Below are positions 17,033-27,095 of a stretch of 64,000 bases of DNA, in pieces. The DNA lies in contig CALGLP010000006.1 in NCBI GenBank assembly GCA_937930175.1, positions 193,749 to 257,748 of the forward strand. The letters are read 5' to 3'. The DNA is from an uncultured bacterium. GTDB taxonomy: Bacteria > Omnitrophota > Gorgyraeia > Zapsychrales > Aceulaceae. The position numbers were made by a program, and so were the translations under genes. Under the pieces are notes generated by a model. The model had not been told where the DNA came from, did not search any database, and saw only the letters and a list, made by a program, of their open reading frames with translations. How positions within the stretch are numbered: the first letter of the stretch is position 1; each line of letters begins with the position of its first letter.

Positions 17033-18285
17033 TGTATGAATCCTGAAATACATTCGGTACGTGTGAGATCCGTCCATGTTTCTCGTCGGTTGACAAGGGC
17101 GTAGTGTGATTTTTTGACCATGATTTCGGGTGCGCGACAACGGGCATTGTAGTTGCTGCTCATCGCATATCCATAAGCGCCAGCGGTCATCACCGCAAGA
17201 AGCGATCCGTTAGCAAGTCTTGGCAAGCTACGGTCTTTTCCAAGAAAATCACCACTTTCACAAATGGGCCCAACGACATCAACTTTGATCTTTGGGGAAG
17301 CTGATTTTTTAACGGGAATAATCTCATGATAAGCCTCGTAGAGCGAGGGACGGACAAGATCGTTCATGCCGCCGTCAACGATGAGGAATTTCTTGACACC
17401 GTTGTCCTTGAGGTACAAAACTTTTGTGACAAAAATACCGGCATTGGCCACAATGAAGCGTCCTGGCTCCATGATGATTTTAAGGCCTGTTTTCTTAAGC
17501 AGGGGCACAAGAACCTTGGCAAAGGCCTCGGCAGTTTGCGCAATCCCTAAGGTGTAGTCAGCAGCCATGCCTCCGCCGATGTTGAGGTATTCCATCCTCA
17601 CGCCACTCGCCTTGAGATCATTGATGAAGCTTAGTGTCTTTTTTATGGCCTTAACGTAAGGCGCAATGGTTGTAATTTGTGAGCCGATATGGATGTGGAT
17701 GCCGTTAATTTTTAGGTTGGAAAATCGTTTTTGGCTTAAGAAAAGAGTTCGCGCTGTTTTAAGGTCAATCCCAAATTTATTTTTTAATGTGCCTGTGGTA
17801 ATCGATTTATGCGTGACCGCATTAACATCAGGATTAAGGCGCAAGGCGACCTGTGTTTTTGTCCCCAATTTCTTCGAAACACGATTTATTTCGATCAATT
17901 CTGCCTCTGATTCGACATTAAAAAAGAGAATATTTTTTTCAATGGCCATGGAGATTTCTTGTTCCGTTTTTCCAACAGAGGCGTAGCAGATTTTTTGTGG
18001 GTCTGCCCCTGCCTTGAGCGCTTTGTAAAGTTCTCCGCCAGAAACAATATCGACACCGGCACCAACATCCACCAATGTCTTGATTATGGCACAATTGCCG
18101 TTGGCTTTCATGGCAAAACAAATTAAGGGATCGACAGCCCCAAAGGCTTTTTTGATTTTTGTAAAGTGATCTAGGAGCGTGGCTTGGCTATAAAGATAAA
18201 AAGGTGTGCCGAATTTTTTGGCCACAGCACTCACCTGCACATCTTCACAATAAAGTTCGTTATGTTTGTATTTAAACTCGTGCAT
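17029..18285 (-). CDS. lysA: diaminopimelate decarboxylase
   Basis: PLP-dependent Orn/DAP decarboxylase fold (FAMKANGN, GGG motif, CESGD). Start chosen at MHEFKYK ATG. Confidence 0.9.
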   Translation of the reverse strand: MHEFKYKHNELYCEDVQVSAVAKKFGTPFYLYSQATLLDHFTKIKKAFGAVDPLICFAMKANGNCAIIKTLVDVGAGVDIVSGGELYKALKAGADPQKICYASVGKTEQEISMAIEKNILFFNVESEAELIEINRVSKKLGTKTQVALRLNPDVNAVTHKSITTGTLKNKFGIDLKTARTLFLSQKRFSNLKINGIHIHIGSQITTIAPYVKAIKKTLSFINDLKASGVRMEYLNIGGGMAADYTLGIAQTAEAFAKVLVPLLKKTGLKIIMEPGRFIVANAGIFVTKVLYLKDNGVKKFLIVDGGMNDLVRPSLYEAYHEIIPVKKSASPKIKVDVVGPICESGDFLGKDRSLPRLANGSLLAVMTAGAYGYAMSSNYNARCRAPEIMVKKSHYALVNRRETWTDLTRTECISGFIQ

Positions 18286-19654
18286 TAAGTTTTTTTGTCC
18301 AAGCTTGCAATTGTTTGTTAACAAAAATTGGATTTGTTGAGCCTAGTGATTTTTTAGCCATAATCGAGTTTTCAGCGTAGAAGATCTTTTTAACATCTGA
18401 AGAAAATTTCTCAGAATATTTTTTGAGTTCCTGATCGGATAGCTCTGATAATTGTTTGCCATGATCAAGGCATTCTTTGACCATCTTGCCAATGATGTCA
18501 TGCGCATCGCGATAAGAAACCTTCTTTTTAATTAAATATTCCATAAGATCAACAGTGAACAAAGAGTCATTGATGATAGCCTTTTTAGCGCTTTTCTTGT
18601 TGACATTAATTGTCGCAAACATTTTGGATAAAAGATCAACCATTTGTTCAATGGTATCAACCGAATCAAACAACGGCGGTTTATCCAGCTGCATGTCTCG
18701 ATTGTACGTTAAAGGCAAGCCTTTCATTAAATTAAGCATGGCCACAAGATTGCCGTATATCTTTCCCGTTGTTCCCCGAATGAGCTCAAGGGTGTCGGGA
18801 TTCTTTTTATGGGGCATGATTGAGGAGCCTGTGCAAAACGCCATATCAATTTCAATGAAATTAAATTCATGGGTTACCCACAAAATAAGATCTTCGGAGA
18901 TTCGAGACAAATGCATGGCAACGAGCGAGAGCACAGATAAGAGCTCGATGATAAAATCTCGATCGCTAATGGCATCAATGCTGTTTTGGGACACAGCTGA
19001 AAAGCCAAGCTTTTGAGCAACGTAGGCGCGGTCAATCGGAAGCGTTGTTCCTGAAAGCGCACAGCTTCCCAGCGGCATCAGATCAACTCGTTTTTTAGCA
19101 TCAGACAAACGTGCTTTATCTCGTTCCAGCATTTCAACATAAGCAAGCATATGATGAGAAAGCAAAACCACCTGCGCTGCCTGTAGATGTGTGTACGCTG
19201 GAATAATGACCTTCTTGTTTTTTTGAGCAAAATGGACAATGGTTTTTTGTAGCGCAGTTAATTTTTTTGTGAGTTCCTCTATTTCACTCTTGCAATACAG
19301 ACGAATATCAAGCGCCACTTGATCATTGCGTGAACGTGCGGTGTGAAGCTTGTCAGCTTGGGCACCAATAAGTTTTTTAAGGGCGTTTTGAATGTTGGTG
19401 TGGATGTCCTCATCGGCTAAGTTAAATGAAAATTGATTGGATGCGATCTTGGCATGGATCTTTTTTAGGCCGCGCACAATCTTGGTGGCATCTTTTTGGG
19501 GAATAATACGACACTTCCCTAGCATTTGGGCGTGCGCAATGCTTCCTTGAACGTCGTACGTTGCAAGACGTTTATCGTAAGCAATGCTAAAAGAAAATCG
19601 ATCTGCTAACGGGTCAGATTTTTTTGAAAATCGTCCGCCCCAAAGTTTAGACAT
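18272..19654 (-). CDS. argH: argininosuccinate lyase
   Basis: MSKLWGGRFSKK start and the fumarase/aspartase-family signature (GSSIMPHKKNPD). AAGGAGG SD. Confidence 0.92.
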   Translation of the reverse strand: MSKLWGGRFSKKSDPLADRFSFSIAYDKRLATYDVQGSIAHAQMLGKCRIIPQKDATKIVRGLKKIHAKIASNQFSFNLADEDIHTNIQNALKKLIGAQADKLHTARSRNDQVALDIRLYCKSEIEELTKKLTALQKTIVHFAQKNKKVIIPAYTHLQAAQVVLLSHHMLAYVEMLERDKARLSDAKKRVDLMPLGSCALSGTTLPIDRAYVAQKLGFSAVSQNSIDAISDRDFIIELLSVLSLVAMHLSRISEDLILWVTHEFNFIEIDMAFCTGSSIMPHKKNPDTLELIRGTTGKIYGNLVAMLNLMKGLPLTYNRDMQLDKPPLFDSVDTIEQMVDLLSKMFATINVNKKSAKKAIINDSLFTVDLMEYLIKKKVSYRDAHDIIGKMVKECLDHGKQLSELSDQELKKYSEKFSSDVKKIFYAENSIMAKKSLGSTNPIFVNKQLQAWTKKLNARV

Positions 19655-20828
19655 TTTTGCCTCCTTGAAAAGGCATGCTCCAAAGGCGAATAAAGCCTTC
19701 CGCATAGGATTGATTAAAGGTATCTTTCGCGCCGTAGGTGGCTAATTTCTCACTATAACGCGAATAAGGTGATTTGCGGCCTACAGGCACGCAGTTTCCT
19801 TTACAGAGTTTTAAGCGCACAGTTCCTGTGACTGTCTTTTGAGTTTCATTAATATACGCATCAAGTTGTTTTTTCAAAGGTGTTTCCCAGAGCCCATAGT
19901 AGGTCAATTCAGCATACTTGTGCGCGACAGCTTCTTTTTGATGAATGGTTTCCCTATCTAGCACAAGACTCTCAAGCTCTTTGTGCGCCGTGTAAATAAT
20001 GGTTCCAGCGGGATTTTCATAAATTTCACGTGATTTAATACCGACCAAGCGGTTCTCAATGGCATCCACGCGACCAATGCCATGTTCGCCGCCGAGCTTA
20101 TTTAATGTTTCAAGCAATTGAATAGGCGCATAACTTTTGCCATTAATTTTTATTGGGATCCCTTTAAGAAATTCAATCTCAATATATTTTGGCGTATTAG
20201 GTGTCTTAAGTGGATTCTTTGTTAAATAGTAAATCTCCTCTGGGGGCTCAGCCCAAGGATCTTCCAGGACGCCGCATTCAATGCTACGACCATAAAGATT
20301 AATGTCGATACTATAAGGACTTTTTTTCGTCACATTGATAGGGATCTTTTTTTCTTTGGCGTAATCCATTTCTTCTTCGCGGGATTTAAATTCCCAGATG
20401 CGTACGGGTGCAATGATTTCAAGGTTGGGGTCAAGCAAGTGTGCCGTAACTTCAAAGCGGACCTGATCGTTGCCCTTGCCTGTACAGCCGTGGGCAATCG
20501 CGGTGGCTTTTTCTTGATGGGCAATGTGTACCTGATGCTTAGCGATCAGGGGTCGTGAAAGAGCTGTGGCCAAGAGATATTTGCCTTCGTAAATCGCTCC
20601 TGCCTTGACGGCAGGGAAAATATAATCGGTGACAAATTCTTTTTTAAGATCGACCACGTAAACCTTGCTGGCCCCTGTTTTGAGCGCGCGTGTTTTAATT
20701 TTTTCAAAGTCTTCGCCTTGGCCAACATTAGCAATGAAGGCAACGATGTCATATCCTTTGTCTTGAAGCCATTTGATGGCGCAGGACGTGTCCAGGCCTC
20801 CCGAATAAGCTAGAACAACTTTTTTCAT
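19647..20828 (-). CDS. argG: argininosuccinate synthase
   Basis: AYSGGLDTS PP-loop and the ArgG length and motifs. Confidence 0.92.
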   Translation of the reverse strand: MKKVVLAYSGGLDTSCAIKWLQDKGYDIVAFIANVGQGEDFEKIKTRALKTGASKVYVVDLKKEFVTDYIFPAVKAGAIYEGKYLLATALSRPLIAKHQVHIAHQEKATAIAHGCTGKGNDQVRFEVTAHLLDPNLEIIAPVRIWEFKSREEEMDYAKEKKIPINVTKKSPYSIDINLYGRSIECGVLEDPWAEPPEEIYYLTKNPLKTPNTPKYIEIEFLKGIPIKINGKSYAPIQLLETLNKLGGEHGIGRVDAIENRLVGIKSREIYENPAGTIIYTAHKELESLVLDRETIHQKEAVAHKYAELTYYGLWETPLKKQLDAYINETQKTVTGTVRLKLCKGNCVPVGRKSPYSRYSEKLATYGAKDTFNQSYAEGFIRLWSMPFQGGKNV

Positions 20829-21751
20829 TTCTTTTCTCCTAGTAAGAAAGACAATATCGCCTTTTGCGCGTGCAAACGATTTTCCGCTTGGTCAAAAACA
20901 ACCGCATGCGGTCCGTCGATGATATCCGCGGTAACCTCAAGCCCTCGATGCGCTGGTAAGCAATGCATAAAGAGATAATCTTTGTGCGCATCCCTGACAA
21001 GATCTTTGTTGATTTGAAATCCTTTGAAATCACGCTTGCGTTTTTTTGTTTCCGCCTCTTGCCCCATACTGACCCAGACATCGCTGTAAATCACACGAGC
21101 GTCTCGAATAGCTTTTTTAGGATCGTGCATCAAATTAATTTTGGATCCGGTTTTTTCGCCGATTTTTTTTGCAAAGTTCACTACCTCAGCCGTTGGTTCA
21201 TATTTTTGGGGTGTGGCAATGTTGATGTCGTAGCCAACACGCGCGCAACCTAAAAGAAGCGAATGACACACATTATTTCCATCACCAATGTAGGCCACAA
21301 GGGCTTTGCTATTTTTTCCTATTTTTTCTTGGATCGTTAGAATATCTGCCACGCCCTGGCAGGGATGGAACAAATCCGATAAGCCGTTGATGATGACCGC
21401 ATTGGATTGTTTGGCCAATTCAATAACATCCGCGTGGGTAAAGGTGCGTGCCACAATACAATCAAGATAGCGGGATAATGTTTTGGCCACATCTGCCACG
21501 GATTCTCGCTTGCCAAGATCGATTTCTTGAGGCGCTAAATAAAGGCATTTACCGCCTAGTTGCCAAACGGCAATTTCAAATGAGACCCGTGTGCGATTGG
21601 ATGGCTTTTGAAATAAAAGCGCGATAGCTTTGCCATTGAGATCGTTTGTAAGTTCTTCTTTTTTAGCCTTCATTTTGATGGCTAAATCTAGGAGATATTG
21701 CATTTCGTCGTTGGTAATGTCTTTGATTGTTAAGAAGTCTCGTTTCATCAT
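20825..21751 (-). CDS. argF: ornithine carbamoyltransferase
   Basis: STRTR carbamoyl-phosphate motif (PSNRTRVSFE) and HCLP motif (FMHCLPAHRG). Confidence 0.92.
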   Translation of the reverse strand: MMKRDFLTIKDITNDEMQYLLDLAIKMKAKKEELTNDLNGKAIALLFQKPSNRTRVSFEIAVWQLGGKCLYLAPQEIDLGKRESVADVAKTLSRYLDCIVARTFTHADVIELAKQSNAVIINGLSDLFHPCQGVADILTIQEKIGKNSKALVAYIGDGNNVCHSLLLGCARVGYDINIATPQKYEPTAEVVNFAKKIGEKTGSKINLMHDPKKAIRDARVIYSDVWVSMGQEAETKKRKRDFKGFQINKDLVRDAHKDYLFMHCLPAHRGLEVTADIIDGPHAVVFDQAENRLHAQKAILSFLLGEKK

Positions 21752-22935
21752 TTTGATGTCACCTTTTCGATGGCCTTAGCGATAATCGCAAAAGCCTTGT
21801 CTATTTGTTTTTTGGTCACATTGAGCGCTGGCATAATGCGTAAAACATTTCCTTGGGTGCAGTTAATGTTTAAGAGATGAGCAAAGCATTCGTCAACTAT
21901 TGGCTTCCCTTCAATAGTAAGCTCAATGCCAATCATAAGCCCGAGGTTGCGAACGTCCTTGATGCACGCGTATTTTTCTTTGAGCCAAGCAAGTTTCTTT
22001 GTGGCATATTCTCCCATGGTTTTGGCATTTTTAAGCATTTTTTCTTTTTCTATGGCGTGAAAAACACCAAGCGCGGCTTTGCAGATGACAGGGCTTCCTC
22101 CAAAGGTTGAGGCATGCATGCCAGGCTTGAAGGTGTCGCCAAGTTCCTTTTTCACAACCATAACGCCGATGGGCAGCCCGCCGCCTAACGATTTTGCAAG
22201 GATCATCATGTCTGGTGTCACGCCGTAATGTTTAAAGGCGAACATCTCCCCTGTACGCCCCATGCCGGTTTGAACTTCATCGAAGATCAAGAGAAGTTTT
22301 TTCTCATCGCAAAGTTTGCGTAATTGCTGGAGATAGTCTTTCTTGGCAATATGAATGCCGCCTTCACCTTGGACAGGCTCGAGCATGATGGCAACGGTGG
22401 CTTCGTTGATAGCCGCTTTCACGGCTTCGATGTCATTAAAAGCGACCGTGCGAAAACCTTCCACGAGTGGTGAAAAACCATTTTGATATTTCTTTTGTCC
22501 TGTGGCGGATAAGGCGCCAAGGGTTCGTCCATGAAAAGATTGTTCCATGGAAATGATTTCAAATTTCTTGCCGGCTCCGTAAGCGCGTGAAAATTTTATC
22601 GCGGATTCGCATGCCTCAGCGCCGCTATTGCAAAAAAAGACCTTTCCAGGAAAGGACCAGCGGATAATCTCTTTGGCGAGTTTGAGTTGGTTAGGGTGAT
22701 AGAAATTATTGGGAATGTGAATGAGTTTTTCAATTTGATCTCGCACCGCGGACATCACTTTAGGATGGCAATGACCGACATTGCTCACGCCCCAGCCAGG
22801 AAAGAAATCTAAATATTTCTTTCCGTCGATATCCGTCAAGGCCATGCCCTTTCCTTTGACAAAGATCGCAGGTGTCCGTGTGTACGTGGAGAGAATGTAT
22901 TCACTATAATTGTTTAAAATTTCTGTTTTTTTCAT
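21748..22935 (-). CDS. argD: acetylornithine aminotransferase
   Basis: Class III PLP aminotransferase (LIFDEVQTGMGRTG, 395 aa), embedded in the arg operon. Confidence 0.88.
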   Translation of the reverse strand: MKKTEILNNYSEYILSTYTRTPAIFVKGKGMALTDIDGKKYLDFFPGWGVSNVGHCHPKVMSAVRDQIEKLIHIPNNFYHPNQLKLAKEIIRWSFPGKVFFCNSGAEACESAIKFSRAYGAGKKFEIISMEQSFHGRTLGALSATGQKKYQNGFSPLVEGFRTVAFNDIEAVKAAINEATVAIMLEPVQGEGGIHIAKKDYLQQLRKLCDEKKLLLIFDEVQTGMGRTGEMFAFKHYGVTPDMMILAKSLGGGLPIGVMVVKKELGDTFKPGMHASTFGGSPVICKAALGVFHAIEKEKMLKNAKTMGEYATKKLAWLKEKYACIKDVRNLGLMIGIELTIEGKPIVDECFAHLLNINCTQGNVLRIMPALNVTKKQIDKAFAIIAKAIEKVTSK

Positions 22936-23786
22936 GCGTGGATGATCTGTGTTCCGACGCCTAAGTCGGTAAAAATCTCAAGCAAAATGGCATGTTGGAT
23001 GCGGGCATCAATGATGTGCGTTTTGTGCACGCCGCCTTGCAAGGTTTTGATGCAGGAATTGACCTTGGGGATCATACCGCCTTGAATAATTTTATCTTTC
23101 TTGAGCTTTTCAATTTCATCAACCGTTAAGGTCGAGATTAAAGAGTGCTCGTTAGTGGGATCACGCAAAACACCGCGAACGTTGGTTAGAACAATAAATT
23201 TTTCAGCTTTCATAGATGTGGCAATGGCGCTGGCGATTTCATCAGCGTTGACATTGTGGGGTTGTTTACCATTGCAAATTCCCATCGGAGAGATTACCGC
23301 GATTTTTCCTATCTTGAGATGGTTGTCAATCCCCTTTTGATTAACGCCGATGACTTCACCGACAAAACCAAGATCTTTCGACGCGACTTTTTTGCGGACT
23401 GAGATAATGTTTTCATATCCTTTGAGCCCGATTACGTCGCCTTTGAGCGCTTTGATTTCATGGACGATTTCATGGTTGAGCGAGTTGAGTTCTTCGGTGA
23501 CAATTTTGAGTGTTTTTTTATCTGTGACCCGAATCCCGTCATGAAAAATAGCTTCGATGTTTGCTTGTTTGAGGCGCGCGTTGATGTGAGGGCCTCCGCC
23601 ATGCACGAGGATGGTTTGGATGCCAACACAGTTTAAGAAAACAAGATCCTCAAAAATGTATTTGCGGATCGCAGCGTTTTCTAAAATACTTCCGCCAAAT
23701 TTAATGACAAATAATTTCTTACGAAATGATTGAATATACGGAAGCGCTTCGATCAAGACGCTGGCTTTTTTAATTATACTTTCCAT
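22932..23786 (-). CDS. argB: acetylglutamate kinase
   Basis: FVIKFGGS and LVHGGGP motifs of the amino-acid kinase family. Confidence 0.9.
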   Translation of the reverse strand: MESIIKKASVLIEALPYIQSFRKKLFVIKFGGSILENAAIRKYIFEDLVFLNCVGIQTILVHGGGPHINARLKQANIEAIFHDGIRVTDKKTLKIVTEELNSLNHEIVHEIKALKGDVIGLKGYENIISVRKKVASKDLGFVGEVIGVNQKGIDNHLKIGKIAVISPMGICNGKQPHNVNADEIASAIATSMKAEKFIVLTNVRGVLRDPTNEHSLISTLTVDEIEKLKKDKIIQGGMIPKVNSCIKTLQGGVHKTHIIDARIQHAILLEIFTDLGVGTQIIHA

Positions 23787-24909
23787 TGATGTCCACGTAT
23801 TTAGGTGAAAGGTCTGAAGTGTATACCGTTGCCGATGCTTTTCCTAGGCCTAAATGAGCGCAAATACTGATTTCTTTTTTTTCAAACGAGCTAAAGGTTA
23901 TTTTGAGCCGTTGTTCGTCGATGGGCAATGCCAGTGATCCCACAGCTGCGGCAACCCGTCCCCAATTGGGATTGCTTCCATAAGCTGCCGTTTTGACAAG
24001 ATTAGAATTGGCTATGGCGAGCGCGGCGGTCTTGGCTTGGGCATTATTTTTTGCCCCTTGAACCAAAACAGTAATAAACTTTGTCGCGCCTTCCCCATCT
24101 TTGACAATTTCTTTGGCAAGAAACAGACAGACATAGTTCAGTGCCTTTTGAAAAGCTTTAAAGTTTTGGTCGCGCGTTGTGATCGTTTTTCGTTTGGCCA
24201 ACCCGTTGGCGAGCACGATCACCATGTCATTTGTGCTCATGCAATTATCAATCGTGATGCTGTTAAATGATTGTTCGCAGGCATTTTTTAAAGCGATCTT
24301 TAACATTTTTGCGTTGATAGCAAGATCTGTTGTGATATAGGCTAACATGGTTGCCATGTTGGGGGCGATCATGCCAGAGCCTTTGGCCATAGCTCCAATC
24401 TTTACTTCACTGCCACCAATGTTGATCGCAACAGCCATTTCTTTCGTCGCTAAATCTGTTGTTAAGATGCCTTTTGCGGCTAGGTGGCCTTTGGTCGTTG
24501 AAAGGCCTTGGACAAGGTTGGAAGCGGAGCCTTTTATCTTTTCAAATGGCAAGGGCTTGCCGATAATGCCTGTTGAGGAGACAAGAACATCATGCGATGA
24601 AATATTAAGCAGTCGCGCGATGATGTCGCAGGTTTTTTTTGCATGTAAAAGCCCTCGCTTTCCGGTAAAACAATTTGCGTTTCCGCTATTGGTGATGATC
24701 GCTTGGGCTTGATGATCCTTTATTTTCTGTTTTGTCACAACAAGCGGTGCAGCGACGATCGAGTTTTTTGTAAAGACACCTGCAGCAACCGCAGGCACCG
24801 TAGAATAAATAAGTGACAAGTCAGGCTTGCCGGATTTCTTGATTCCACACCAGAGGCCATTGGCCATAAAGCCTTTAGGCGCCGTGATCCCATCTTTGAT
24901 GATTTTCAT
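23770..24909 (-). CDS. argJ: bifunctional ornithine acetyltransferase / N-acetylglutamate synthase
   Basis: ArgJ family with the ATMLAYITTD autoprocessing threonine site, 379 aa. Confidence 0.9.
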   Translation of the reverse strand: MKIIKDGITAPKGFMANGLWCGIKKSGKPDLSLIYSTVPAVAAGVFTKNSIVAAPLVVTKQKIKDHQAQAIITNSGNANCFTGKRGLLHAKKTCDIIARLLNISSHDVLVSSTGIIGKPLPFEKIKGSASNLVQGLSTTKGHLAAKGILTTDLATKEMAVAINIGGSEVKIGAMAKGSGMIAPNMATMLAYITTDLAINAKMLKIALKNACEQSFNSITIDNCMSTNDMVIVLANGLAKRKTITTRDQNFKAFQKALNYVCLFLAKEIVKDGEGATKFITVLVQGAKNNAQAKTAALAIANSNLVKTAAYGSNPNWGRVAAAVGSLALPIDEQRLKITFSSFEKKEISICAHLGLGKASATVYTSDLSPKYVDINGKYN

Positions 24910-25923
24910 TTATTCAAGTCCTGCGTTCTCTTTAAATCCATACATAATATTCATATTTTGGACAGCCTGGCCTGAGGCCCCTTTGATCAAGTTGTCAATC
25001 GCCGAGGTGATGACGAGTAAATGGTCTTTCATGGCAAGGCCAATATCGCAAAAGTTGGTCCCGGCCACATGTTTGATTTCGGGTTGTTGGCCAAGAGGCA
25101 AAACGCGAACAAATTGTTCTGTTTTATAAAACTTTTTATAGATGTTGTGGAGATCACTTATCGATACGTCTTTCTTTAATTGGACATAAATAGTTTCGTA
25201 AATGCCTTGATTAAGCGGTAATAAGTGGGCAACAAAGTTAATATCAACGATGTTACCGGCAAGGCTTGACAGGCATTGATTAATTTCTGGTGCATGTTGA
25301 TGCGTTAAAACTTTATAGGCTTTAAAATTCTCGTTGACTTCATAGAAGTGAAGTTCTAACGCTGCTTTGCGTCCTGCCCCGCTTACGCCTGACTTGGCGT
25401 CAATGATGATGGAGGCGATCTTTTTTGCATGGGTTGAGACTAAAGGTGCTAGGCCCAAGATCGCCGCTGTTGGATAACAACCAGGATTGGCGATTAAGTT
25501 AGCTTTTTTGATATCTTCGCGATAAAGCTCGGGAAGGCCGTAAATCGCTTTGGCTAGTGACGCCGTATCGCTATGCGTTATACCATACCATTGTTTATAA
25601 AGGTTTTGATCTTTAAGCCGGTAATCAGCGCTCAGGTCCACAATGCGTTTTTTCGCCTTGAGAATTCCTGGAGTTATGCCTAGGGATTGTGTATGGGGAA
25701 CAGCGATAAAGGCTAAATCGCACAAGGCAGCAGCTTGGGTAAGATTAAAGGCCTTGCAGTCGAGTTCAATCTGACCTGTAAATTCAGGATGGATCTCGTG
25801 CACTTTTCCTTTAGTTGTTCCCGCGGCAATATAACTTATGCGTACTTGAGGATGCTTTAAAAGAATTTTTAAGAGCATCTTTCCTGTGTACCCGCTAATA
25901 CCAATAATTCCGACGTTGAGCAC
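24910..25923 (-). CDS. argC: N-acetyl-gamma-glutamyl-phosphate reductase
   Basis: GISGYTG Rossmann motif and catalytic NPGCYPTAA. GTG start with an AAAGGAG SD. First gene of the arg operon. Confidence 0.9.
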   Translation of the reverse strand: MLNVGIIGISGYTGKMLLKILLKHPQVRISYIAAGTTKGKVHEIHPEFTGQIELDCKAFNLTQAAALCDLAFIAVPHTQSLGITPGILKAKKRIVDLSADYRLKDQNLYKQWYGITHSDTASLAKAIYGLPELYREDIKKANLIANPGCYPTAAILGLAPLVSTHAKKIASIIIDAKSGVSGAGRKAALELHFYEVNENFKAYKVLTHQHAPEINQCLSSLAGNIVDINFVAHLLPLNQGIYETIYVQLKKDVSISDLHNIYKKFYKTEQFVRVLPLGQQPEIKHVAGTNFCDIGLAMKDHLLVITSAIDNLIKGASGQAVQNMNIMYGFKENAGLE

Positions 25924-26100
25924 AGAGATCTCCTTTTGTGGGGTCCTAGCTTACGGACAAATACATATGAGCAACGTAAATTGGTTGAATGAATGAACCC
26001 CGATGTTATTTTTATTCTGTGTAAAATTAAGGTAAGCCAAGTTGTTAAATTTACGTCGTGAAACTCTCTAAATTTAGCCTTCACTTAACAATGCTTAATG

Positions 26101-26151
26101 ATAAAAGAAAAAGCCTATCTCGTCAACGTTTTTCTCGAGCAAGATAGGCTT
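26101..26151 (-). terminator. rho-independent terminator after rplM-rpsI
   Basis: 10-bp stem AAGCCTATCT / AGATAGGCTT with a 21-nt loop, followed on the transcribed (minus) strand by UUUUCUUUUAU. It lies 28 nt downstream of the rpsI stop. Confidence 0.6.
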
Positions 26152-26178
26152 TGGTATACTATGAAAACTTTTAAAATG

Positions 26179-26574
26179 TTATCGCTTGACCCACTGAAAC
26201 TTCCTTCTGGCTCCTTTTTGTCCAGGCTTTTTTCTTTCTTTCATTCTAGGGTCACGGCTTAAATACTTGGCTTTTTTAAGAATAGTTTTTGTGTCCTGAT
26301 CGCATAATGAAAGCGCACGCGCGAGCCCTAATTTGACTGCACCAGCTTGACCGGCAATTCCTCCGCCAGAGACATGCGCAATGACATCAAATTTGTTTTG
26401 GTTATTGGTAATGGTTAAGGGCGATAAAGCGCAGGATCGATCTGTTTCTGATGGAAAATAGACATCAAATGCTCGTTTGTTGATTTTCACAAGGCCTGTG
26501 CCAGGCATAATATTAACACGCGCAATCGCTGATTTACGACGACCCGTGGCACCATATTTAACAGCTTCAACCAT
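26179..26574 (-). CDS. rpsI: 30S ribosomal protein S9
   Basis: 131 aa ending ...RRKFQWVKR. Conserved S9 C-terminus. Confidence 0.95.
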   Translation of the reverse strand: MVEAVKYGATGRRKSAIARVNIMPGTGLVKINKRAFDVYFPSETDRSCALSPLTITNNQNKFDVIAHVSGGGIAGQAGAVKLGLARALSLCDQDTKTILKKAKYLSRDPRMKERKKPGQKGARRKFQWVKR

Positions 26575-26579
26575 AAATC

Positions 26580-27020
26580 TTAAACCTCCAGTAAAATGGG
26601 CTTTTGAGCGCTGTGGCCATGCTTGTCCCCAGCATAGATTTTGACTTTTGTAAAATACTGTGACCCTAATCGGCTTTTGGGCATCATGCGTGAGATCGCG
26701 AGCCGAATCACTTGCGTTGGTTTTTTGGCGAGCATGTCACTTAAGACCACGCGTTTTTGACCTGATGGATAACCTGAAAATCGTTGGTAGACTTTTTGTT
26801 CTAATTTTCGTCCGGTGACGCGCACTTTTTCCGCATTGATAATGATGACCATGTCGCCGGTGTCTACGTGGGGTGTGAAAATAGCCTTATGTTTTCCGCA
26901 TAAAATCGATGCGGCGCGCGCTGCTAAACGGCCTAACACCTGATCTTTAGCATCGATTAAGTAGCAGTTTCGTTTTACATCTTCTTTTCTTGCCATATAG
27001 GTCTTTGGTTTTCGAATCAT
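26580..27020 (-). CDS. rplM: 50S ribosomal protein L13
   Basis: 146 aa. Start MIRKPKTYMARKEDVKRNCYLIDAKDQVLGRLA is characteristic of L13. Confidence 0.95.
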   Translation of the reverse strand: MIRKPKTYMARKEDVKRNCYLIDAKDQVLGRLAARAASILCGKHKAIFTPHVDTGDMVIIINAEKVRVTGRKLEQKVYQRFSGYPSGQKRVVLSDMLAKKPTQVIRLAISRMMPKSRLGSQYFTKVKIYAGDKHGHSAQKPILLEV

Positions 27021-27095
27021 AGTGTGTCTCTTTTAGATTTTAAACAGCTTTTTTATTAACAATAGACTGAAAGTATATCAGCTTTCGATAAAATG

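Noticed and set aside
25924-26100. Possible ARG box (ArgR operator) upstream of argC around TTGAATGAATGAA
   Set aside because: It matches neither the TnTGAATwwwwATTCAnw consensus nor a Bacillus-type box, and no argR is seen in the window. It is probably just promoter AT-rich sequence.
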